Below are positions 57,259 through 64,000 of a stretch of 64,000 bases of DNA, piece after piece. A program made the position numbers and the translations under genes. Numbering within the stretch: the first letter of the stretch is position 1; each line of letters opens with the position of its first letter. This stretch comes from Lentisphaerae bacterium GWF2_49_21 (GTDB taxonomy: Bacteria > Verrucomicrobiota > Lentisphaeria > Victivallales > GWF2-50-93), in assembly GCA_001804805.1 (NCBI GenBank), contig MHBH01000073.1:94539-158538 (forward strand). The letters run 5' to 3'. The notes below the pieces were generated by a model. It was not told where the DNA came from. It saw only the letters and a list, made by a program, of their open reading frames with translations, and made no database searches.

Positions 57259-58020
57259 GTGAAAGGTCTTGTTATGAAAATCAAAATCCCTGACAGTCTG
57301 CTGAAAAAATACTATGTTGATTGGGGTTGTAGATGGGGACTCACCCGCGAGCGTCTTATGCAAGTGATTTATTACATGTATGCAGACAGTCCCAACATCC
57401 ATATTGGCAAGCGGGTCTATATGAGAAGTCTTCAGACAATAGGGAGTGTCCATCCCGATTCATCTCTGTCCATTGGAGACGAATCCGTCTTCTGGGGGAA
57501 ATCGAATATTTGCGCAAGTTATGGCGGGCAAATCAGCATTGGAAGCCGCTCTTTGATCGGAGATAACAACAACACCTTGTGTCGCAACCGAGTTTCCATC
57601 GGCAATTATGTGCTGACTGCTCAAAACCTGAGCATTCGTGATTATGAAGATCATCCGATTCCTCCACGCGAACGGAAGGCGCAGGTCAGCTACTGTATAC
57701 GTCAATACAATCCATTTCATGATCCTTCCAACATAGGGCTTTCGCCGGAAGAAATAGAGTATTTCGACACCTACTGGAACGATAAAAGATATTTTGTTTC
57801 TGCACCGGTTGAAATAGGCGACAACTGCTGGATCGGGCACGACGTTACCATTATGAAAGGTGTTAACATCAGCGAAAACTCCATTATCGCCGCCCGTTCC
57901 GTGGTGACCAAATCCGTACCTCCCAACTGTATCGCCGGCGGTGTGCCAGCTCGGGTGCTAAGGGAAAATCTCGACCAAGATGATCCGGAGGAATTCTGGA
58001 AAAACAGGCCGCAAACATGA
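57259..58020 (+). CDS. Hexapeptide-repeat (LbH) acetyltransferase
   Basis: C-terminal left-handed beta-helix repeats CWIGHDVTIMKGVNISENSIIAARSVVTKSV…GGVPARVL. Confidence 0.7.
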   Translation: MKGLVMKIKIPDSLLKKYYVDWGCRWGLTRERLMQVIYYMYADSPNIHIGKRVYMRSLQTIGSVHPDSSLSIGDESVFWGKSNICASYGGQISIGSRSLIGDNNNTLCRNRVSIGNYVLTAQNLSIRDYEDHPIPPRERKAQVSYCIRQYNPFHDPSNIGLSPEEIEYFDTYWNDKRYFVSAPVEIGDNCWIGHDVTIMKGVNISENSIIAARSVVTKSVPPNCIAGGVPARVLRENLDQDDPEEFWKNRPQT

Positions 58021-58088
58021 TTGACACTTTTCAATAAAGGTGCCGTTCCGGAAAAACTGTTAGATGGACAAAATAATATAAGGAGATT

Positions 58089-60878
58089 ATGAAAATCAAA
58101 GTTCTTATGGCAATCTTTGCTGTGGCGCTATTCCTTGTTATGGACGCCGTATCCGCCGCCGACGTTTCCCTGAACGACAATGGCATAGCTGTTACGGTCA
58201 AGGGAATGGGCGGATTCAACCTTGGTTATCCGGTACTTCAGCCTGGTGATTTGAAACCTTTGCAGAAGAAGGTTTCCGGCAAACAGGCAGATGTCACCTA
58301 CGCCAAAGACATAAAAGTCCACCTTGAAGTGGTTGATGGCGGAAAAGTCAACATGAAATTCAGCAATGCCTCTGCGGTCAAGAACTTCAGGCTCGATATC
58401 GGATTTGGTGCGCAGTTAGCGGATGGCGGCACCTGGACCATCGGCAAAGGCCAGCCGCAAACCTTCCCGGTCGAGAAACCGGCGAAACCTCACCTCTATC
58501 AGGGCAACTCGGGAGGCTTTACATTGATCGATGCGGCCGGACACATATTGTCTGTCACAGGTTTTCCCGACTACGCCTATCAGGAACTGACCGATCTTCG
58601 CGAATGGGGCAACAAGGCATACGCTTGGAAAGTGACTGTCCCCTACAATCCAGGATGGGAAGTTCACAGCATAGTAGTCAGCGAGAAACCACATGGCGCC
58701 GCTGCCACTGCTGCTCCAACGACCGTGAAAGTTCAGGTCGACCGCTTTGGACAGACCACACGCAAGGACTTTCCGGGCAAAGTGAAGGACGAGGCTGACC
58801 TGAAGGCTGATGTAGCAAACGAAGCGGCATACTGGGCCAGCTATAAGCCGATACCAGTTGACAAATGGGGAGGACTTCCCGGCAGCAAGGAAAAGCTCGG
58901 ATTGAATTCGACTGGATTCTTCCGGGTTGAAAAGAAGAATGATCGCTGGCTGCTCATCAATCCTGACGGCAACGTCACGTTCCACCTTGGAATCTGCGTT
59001 TTCAGCTATAATCCGGGTGATGAGGCGACATACATCAAGGACCGCCGCGACATCTACGAGTGGCTTCCTCCGCTAGATGGAGAATTCGCCGACGCCTGGC
59101 ACCCAGACAAGTGGTGGCATGATCAGGTTTTCTCATTCTATTCTGCAAACGTCATCCGCAAATATGGCAAGGAGACAACCAAGGACCAGCAGATAGCGCG
59201 TCTGATTGACCGCGTGCGCGCAGTGGGATTTAATGCCATAGGCGCGTTCTCAGGTTCATCCCGGGCATTCGTTGACAAGCATATCCCGCGCATGTCCGGT
59301 GTCGGGTTCAATCCAGAACTGCCCGGCATCCGCGGAGTAGCTGATCCATTTGATGAGGAAACGCGTAAGAAGACAGAGGAAATCTGGGCGGAAAAATTGC
59401 CCAAACAGGCGGACGATCCTCTGATCATCGGATTCTTCTTTGCAAACGAGCAGGGATTCGAGGATATTCCGCGGGCCGTTCCGCAGTTGCCAGGGAAACA
59501 TGCGGCAAAGAAAAAACTTGTCGAAATGCTGCAGAAGAAGTATCCGACCATCGCCGAATTCAACACCGCCTGGAACCTGCAGGTTGCGGATTTCGCAGCT
59601 CTTGCCGACAAGGGACTGCCAGTGTCAACCAAGGCCGCCTACGCCGACATGCAGGAATATACCGAACTGTTCCTCGACACATACTTTAAATTCCTCACCG
59701 AGACTTTCCGCAAATATGACAAGAACCATCTGATGGTGTCCAACCGCTGGCAGCCAGGCACCGCAAACAACGAGGCCCTCTGCCGCATCGCCGGCAAGTA
59801 TATGGACGTCATCAGCATCAACTATTATACCTGGGGTGTAGACAAGAACTTCATCGAGCGACTCTATAAATGGACTGGTGGTAAACCGCAGATGTGGAGT
59901 GAGTTCTACTACACCAGCGGTATCGAGAGCAACGTTGCGGCTGGCGGCTTGGACATGAAGTCGCAGCAGGCTCGTGGTGAGGCTTACCGCCAATACGTCG
60001 AGCAGGCTGCTGCCCTCGGGTTCGTGGTTGGTGTCGAATGGTTCACATTGATTGACCAGGCGGTGACCGGACGCTGGTTCTCAAAGCTTAACGGCGAACG
60101 CGCCAACAGCGGACTATTCAACACCTGCGACCGTCCATACGACACCTGTCTGCGTGAGATGGCGAAGTCGCATGAGGTCTTATACGACGTTCTGTTGAAC
60201 GGGAAGAAACCCTTTACCCTTGAAGACCCTCGCTTTGCAGGTGGTGCAGGCAAGACCCGCAAGCAGGTGCAGGCTGGCAGTGTGCCTGCCGGTAGCATTA
60301 AGATCGACGGAATGGCCGATGGATGGCCGGGCCGCCCCCCGGAGCGTGTCACAAACGATCGTCTGGTCGAGGGCAAGGACGGCAAGGGGCTTGAAGGATC
60401 CTTCAAGGTAGCCTGGGACACTGACAATCTCTATCTGCTAATCAATGTCACCGATCCGACGCCTCTCAATAACACTGCTCAGGGTGATAAACTGTGGAAC
60501 GGCGACGGAGTTGAGCTGTTCATCGGCAGCGAAAAGCTGGACCAGCCCGGAACATTGCTGTTCAGCGATCGTCAGGTGCTGCTTGCAGGCCGGACGGATA
60601 TCAAACCGGGAAGCACTCATATTGTGAACGCCGCAAAACAGCCTGAGATCCGCCTGATCAACGTGCCGTCGGTCGACGGCAGCGGTTATACCATGGAGGC
60701 GGCTATTCCGTGGGCCGCGCTCGATGTGAAGCCAGTCGAAGGGATGGATCTTATCTTTGACATGGCGATAGATGACGCTCCACAAGGTGGCAGCCGTACC
60801 CGCCAGATCATGTGGAATGGCGGCGAAAAGAACAGTAGTGATCGCTCATATTGGGGCCGCCTGAAACTGGTGCGATAA
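58089..60878 (+). CDS. Secreted large glycoside hydrolase-like protein with a C-terminal CBM9/DOMON-like carbohydrate-binding domain
   Basis: Signal peptide. Central TIM-barrel-like region with an NEQ acid/base-like motif (FFANEQGFED) and ISINYYTWG. C-terminal …IKIDGMADGWPG…FKVAWDTDNLYLLINVTD…GDGVELFIG is CBM9-like. Confidence 0.55.
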   Translation: MKIKVLMAIFAVALFLVMDAVSAADVSLNDNGIAVTVKGMGGFNLGYPVLQPGDLKPLQKKVSGKQADVTYAKDIKVHLEVVDGGKVNMKFSNASAVKNFRLDIGFGAQLADGGTWTIGKGQPQTFPVEKPAKPHLYQGNSGGFTLIDAAGHILSVTGFPDYAYQELTDLREWGNKAYAWKVTVPYNPGWEVHSIVVSEKPHGAAATAAPTTVKVQVDRFGQTTRKDFPGKVKDEADLKADVANEAAYWASYKPIPVDKWGGLPGSKEKLGLNSTGFFRVEKKNDRWLLINPDGNVTFHLGICVFSYNPGDEATYIKDRRDIYEWLPPLDGEFADAWHPDKWWHDQVFSFYSANVIRKYGKETTKDQQIARLIDRVRAVGFNAIGAFSGSSRAFVDKHIPRMSGVGFNPELPGIRGVADPFDEETRKKTEEIWAEKLPKQADDPLIIGFFFANEQGFEDIPRAVPQLPGKHAAKKKLVEMLQKKYPTIAEFNTAWNLQVADFAALADKGLPVSTKAAYADMQEYTELFLDTYFKFLTETFRKYDKNHLMVSNRWQPGTANNEALCRIAGKYMDVISINYYTWGVDKNFIERLYKWTGGKPQMWSEFYYTSGIESNVAAGGLDMKSQQARGEAYRQYVEQAAALGFVVGVEWFTLIDQAVTGRWFSKLNGERANSGLFNTCDRPYDTCLREMAKSHEVLYDVLLNGKKPFTLEDPRFAGGAGKTRKQVQAGSVPAGSIKIDGMADGWPGRPPERVTNDRLVEGKDGKGLEGSFKVAWDTDNLYLLINVTDPTPLNNTAQGDKLWNGDGVELFIGSEKLDQPGTLLFSDRQVLLAGRTDIKPGSTHIVNAAKQPEIRLINVPSVDGSGYTMEAAIPWAALDVKPVEGMDLIFDMAIDDAPQGGSRTRQIMWNGGEKNSSDRSYWGRLKLVR

Positions 60879-60990
60879 GTAGGTACGTGCTTCAGCATGT
60901 ACCATCTTAATTTCTAAGAAAGGGACAGGCTTCCGACTTCGCCCAATGGGCTACGCCGGACACAGAAAGCCCGTCCCTACTTTTAGAACG
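60876..60990 (+). repeat. Structured repeat element, copy 3 (5'- and 3'-truncated, with a 36-bp palindromic insertion in the loop of hairpin 3); overlaps the stop codon of the 58089 gene
   Basis: taagtaggtacgtgcttcagcatgtaccatcttaatt…gggacaggc[ttccgacttcgcccaatgggctacgccggacacagaa]agcccgtccctac…agaacg. It lacks the gtttgtagtag and ctactac termini. Confidence 0.65.
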
Positions 60991-61061
60991 ATCAAACACG
61001 AACTGTCCATCAACTCTAGGGTTGAATAAGAAATGATTAGTACAGCAAGAGAAAGATAAAA

Positions 61062-61730
61062 TTGAAAATTGAAAATAAATTTACCCTTATCGAACTGCTG
61101 ATCGTGATTGCGATCATCGCAATTCTCATCGCCCTTCTGCTGCCTGCCCTTAAGAATGCAAAGCTGTCTGCAAAAAGCGTGGTGTGCCTGAGCAATCTCA
61201 GGCAGAATGCCGTAGCGGCCCTGGCGTATTCCGCGGACAATGATCTGCGGGTTCCGCTTTTCACAATCAGTGGCAGCCATGATTATTCAAGGTTCCTGAC
61301 TGATGGCAAGTACCTTGAAGCAACACCTGCCAGAGGCTGTCCCTGGGCTCCGCCGTATGGCACAAAATACGGACCGGGCAACATATCTACATCTCGCGGC
61401 TATGGTGTCTTTGCTTCAGGTGCCAGTACAGAGAGCTTTGGAACGACCACGGTGTATATCCTTTCATTGTCGAAATTAACAAATCCTGCCAACAAGGTAT
61501 ATATCATTGATTCAAGCACAGGGCAGGGGGCCCAGTATCCCGATCTTGCCTGGGGTTTTCCTTCCTGGGCTGTTGGATTTGTGGGGCTTCGCCATTTCCG
61601 CAAGGCCAATGCGGCGCTCTTTGATGGACGTGCCGAGGGACGCGAAGGAAAAGCCTGGGGGCTTACTGGCGCCTATCTTGTCCTGAAAGATACGATTAGT
61701 TCAAACAGCGCGGTTCAGTTGAATTTCTAA
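61062..61730 (+). CDS. DUF1559 (H-X9-DG) protein with a type IV pilin-like N-terminus; TTG start
   Basis: (TTG) [34 protein letters not shown]…, and a C-terminal [13 protein letters not shown]. Confidence 0.75.
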   Translation: MKIENKFTLIELLIVIAIIAILIALLLPALKNAKLSAKSVVCLSNLRQNAVAALAYSADNDLRVPLFTISGSHDYSRFLTDGKYLEATPARGCPWAPPYGTKYGPGNISTSRGYGVFASGASTESFGTTTVYILSLSKLTNPANKVYIIDSSTGQGAQYPDLAWGFPSWAVGFVGLRHFRKANAALFDGRAEGREGKAWGLTGAYLVLKDTISSNSAVQLNF

Positions 61731-61764
61731 TAAAGATTTACTTAATTATGAAAGGTTCAAGAAA

Positions 61765-62742
61765 ATGATGAGGCAAAAAGAAGTTATCCATGTAGTATTT
61801 GCGGCGATATTGCTTGTGTCACTCTCTGTGATCTGCAGCGGTGAGGAACCAGCTACAGCCACGACGTCAGTCATTAAAGACAGTCCCTACGTCCCTGCTG
61901 GCTACAAGAAGGTGTTCGGGGACGAATTTGACGGCGCAAGCCTTTCACTTACCAACTGGTGGACCCGTTACATCTACAACAACGGCATGCTCGACACACT
62001 CAACGACGAGAAACAGCTCTTCCGTGAAAACAACAACCATGTCATGACCGGTACGACCCTGCAGCTGACAGCCCGCAAGGTGTCGAACTCTAATCCGCGC
62101 TTCCAATATGAATCGGGAATGATCCGGTCGAAGATGACATTCAAGTATGGCTATTACGAGTCACGGCTCAAGGTGCCGGGCGGTCTCGGTGTCTGGCCCG
62201 CGTTCTGGCTAAACAGCGATTCCGACGCTAATGGAAAAACCTCCTGGCCGCCGGAGATAGATATACTTGAATTTGTCAATAATGGCAAGGATGACCGGCC
62301 CGACATGGTGCACATGACTGCGCAGGTGAAGAATAAGAAAGGTGAACCGAATCCCTGGGGAGGAGAGGAACTGTTCCGGGATCCGGACTTCAAGAAGCGC
62401 AACTATTATGCGCCATTCAAGTTCCCTGATGACTTCCATGTTTTCGGCCTGCTCTGGGATACGGATGATACCGTGACCTGGTTCGTGGACGGGAAGAAGC
62501 TTTTCACTGTATCCTACAAGTGGGTTTATGCGAACGGCAAGGATGCACCAAACGCCCATGTCCTGCTCAACCTGTCGATAGGAGGACAATGGGCTGGCCG
62601 GTACGGCGTCGACGACAAGGCTTTCCCACAGGCGCTCGATGTCGACTACGTCCGCGTCTACCAGAAGCCCGATCAAATCAAGACTGGCCAGAGCACCATC
62701 GGAAAAGATTTGCTTAAGGATCCGAACGAGGAGAAAAAATGA
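61765..62742 (+). CDS. Glycoside hydrolase family 16 (laminarinase/beta-glucanase-like)
   Basis: Signal peptide. Canonical GH16 catalytic motif EIDILE (E-x-D-x-x-E) in the context WPAFWL…WPPEIDILEF. Confidence 0.75.
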   Translation: MMRQKEVIHVVFAAILLVSLSVICSGEEPATATTSVIKDSPYVPAGYKKVFGDEFDGASLSLTNWWTRYIYNNGMLDTLNDEKQLFRENNNHVMTGTTLQLTARKVSNSNPRFQYESGMIRSKMTFKYGYYESRLKVPGGLGVWPAFWLNSDSDANGKTSWPPEIDILEFVNNGKDDRPDMVHMTAQVKNKKGEPNPWGGEELFRDPDFKKRNYYAPFKFPDDFHVFGLLWDTDDTVTWFVDGKKLFTVSYKWVYANGKDAPNAHVLLNLSIGGQWAGRYGVDDKAFPQALDVDYVRVYQKPDQIKTGQSTIGKDLLKDPNEEKK

Positions 62743-62884
62743 TCCGTCTTGCAAGGATGGGACTTGTTTCTCCCCTTCAGGGAGAATCAAATTTTCTGAA
62801 TTCTATACCTATGGTTGAAACCATAGGCTATATTATTTAACGCATTTCATGCGTAAAGAGAATAATAAACAATAGGATTCATAT

Positions 62885-63961
62885 ATGACAGGCAAAGAAA
62901 GAACATTGCTGGCGATCAATTTTGAACCGACAGACCGGATTCCGGTCGTAGGCGGATTTGTGCGGCATCCGCAGTTTCTGGCGGAGATGGCAGGTGTTTC
63001 CGTTGAAGAATTCTGGACTGATCCAAGGAAGACGGCCATCCGGGCCTTCCATTCTCTGGGAGTTGATGTCATCATCGGCCTGATCCTGCCAAATCGGGAT
63101 TCCTCCAGCGGGGCACAACACGACATACACAAGCAGACGCGTTTTGATTCTCCGGAAGCAATGCTTGACGACATCGCCAAATTACCGAGCCTGTCTGACC
63201 TGCATAAGAATTTTGTTTTCCAGAAGCATTATGACGATTATCTTAAGCGGTATAAGGATGGACAGACGGAAATTGGAGAAGAGATCCTCTGGATTCCAAA
63301 CACCTTCGACTGTGTCGCCCAGTTCCAGAACGAAGGCTATTTCGGCGCTGAAAATTACTACATGGCATTGTCATTGTTCCCCGAGGCAATGAACAGGTTT
63401 TTTGAACACTCAGGAGAGACCGCATTCCTGCGTAACACCGCAGTCGCCAAGGCGATTGTCGAGAACGATTTGCCGAGGGTGATGTGGCTCGGACAGGATT
63501 CCTGTGACAACCGCGGACCGTATATCGCCCCAGAGATCATGAACGATATCTACATTCGGCATGTCAAGCGCTCGCTCGAGCCTCTCAAGGATATAGGTGT
63601 AAAGATCATCTGGCACTCGGACGGCAATATCATGCCTATCGTCCCATATCTGCTTGATGCAGGCATTGACGGATTCCAAGGCATGCAGGAGACCATCGAG
63701 ACAAAGGTCGACGTTGAAAAGCTGGGAGGAGTGACCACCCGTGCCGGCAAGAAACCCATTATTGTGGGCAGTCTCTCCAGTATCACCATAATGCCCTTCG
63801 GCACACCGGATGATGTACGTGCAGACGTTGTCCGCTGTCAGGAACTGGCCCGGAAACGCGATGGTGGATGGCTGTTGAATTTTTCCTCGTCAATTGGTCC
63901 GGAAGTTCCGGCAGCGAACATACAGGCTTTTTTCGACCAGGCCTCCAGAAAGCCGAAATGA
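62885..63961 (+). CDS. Uroporphyrinogen-decarboxylase-like (URO-D/MtaA-like) family protein
   Basis: N-terminus MTGKERTLLAINFEPTDRIPVVGG…, as in URO-D-like proteins. (beta/alpha)8 pattern. Confidence 0.5.
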   Translation: MTGKERTLLAINFEPTDRIPVVGGFVRHPQFLAEMAGVSVEEFWTDPRKTAIRAFHSLGVDVIIGLILPNRDSSSGAQHDIHKQTRFDSPEAMLDDIAKLPSLSDLHKNFVFQKHYDDYLKRYKDGQTEIGEEILWIPNTFDCVAQFQNEGYFGAENYYMALSLFPEAMNRFFEHSGETAFLRNTAVAKAIVENDLPRVMWLGQDSCDNRGPYIAPEIMNDIYIRHVKRSLEPLKDIGVKIIWHSDGNIMPIVPYLLDAGIDGFQGMQETIETKVDVEKLGGVTTRAGKKPIIVGSLSSITIMPFGTPDDVRADVVRCQELARKRDGGWLLNFSSSIGPEVPAANIQAFFDQASRKPK

Positions 63962-64000
63962 GATTGACCATGTCACAGATTTCTTGACTTTTCTCCATTT

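Overview
This is a 64-kb chromosomal window of roughly 45% GC, with dense coding on both strands and about 55 protein-coding genes. I found no rRNA, tRNA or CRISPR array. Three proteins carry a type-IV-pilin-like N-terminus ([16 protein letters not shown]) and a C-terminal H-X9-DG motif (DUF1559 family), and there is a sulfatase. Together these point to a PVC-superphylum bacterium (Planctomycetes, Lentisphaerae or Verrucomicrobia type).

Layout along the window:
- 1-7.7 kb: a polysaccharide or O-antigen-type biosynthesis operon (LbH acetyltransferase fragment, DegT aminotransferase, two polytopic membrane proteins, a B12-binding radical SAM enzyme, a GT2). A VapBC pair and a GC-rich palindromic in-frame insert interrupt it.
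- 7.7-9 kb: an ERCC4-type nuclease remnant without a start codon, and a second Phd/PIN toxin-antitoxin pair.
- 9-27 kb: housekeeping genes (tkt, ruvB, a GxxExxY gene, a COG1579 zinc-ribbon gene, truA, two DUF4143 AAA ATPases flanking cinA, queE and queD, a DnaQ-like exonuclease, dnaE). A DDE transposase sits between the exonuclease and dnaE.
- 27-33 kb: a structured repeat leader, a TrmH-family methyltransferase, a third AbrB/PIN pair, a TauE/SafE exporter, a thioredoxin-like lipoprotein, and an NfeD-flotillin operon.
- 33.6-38.1 kb (minus strand): GH32, a Gfo/Idh/MocA oxidoreductase, and a sulfatase.
- 38.4-43.5 kb: a 1688-aa alpha-2-macroglobulin-like protein with an internal multi-helix membrane block and an embedded pilin-like helix.
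- 43.7-46 kb: GNAT, YaiI and two hypothetical proteins.
- 46.3-64 kb: a glycan-degradation locus under a LacI-family regulator. It holds three DUF1559 pilin-like proteins, an SGNH esterase, a PKD+GH16 protein, a divergent glycyl-radical enzyme with its activase, GH26, a CE4 deacetylase, an LbH acetyltransferase, a large glycoside hydrolase with a CBM9-like domain, a second GH16, and a URO-D-like protein.

The findings I rate highest are these:
- The LacI-regulated pilin-like, CAZyme and glycyl-radical-enzyme locus. Palindromic operators (tgtaaNttaca) lie upstream of both the regulator and the first pilin-like gene of the downstream cluster.
- A family of about 137-bp structured repeats with terminal inverted repeats in three copies, whose hairpins show compensatory base changes between copies.
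- The chimeric alpha-2-macroglobulin, membrane and pilin-like giant protein.
- A palindromic GC-rich element inserted in frame in a membrane-protein gene.
- A GxxExxY gene bracketed by 18-bp inverted repeats.
- An ERCC4 nuclease motif encoded across a perfect 14-bp terminator hairpin.
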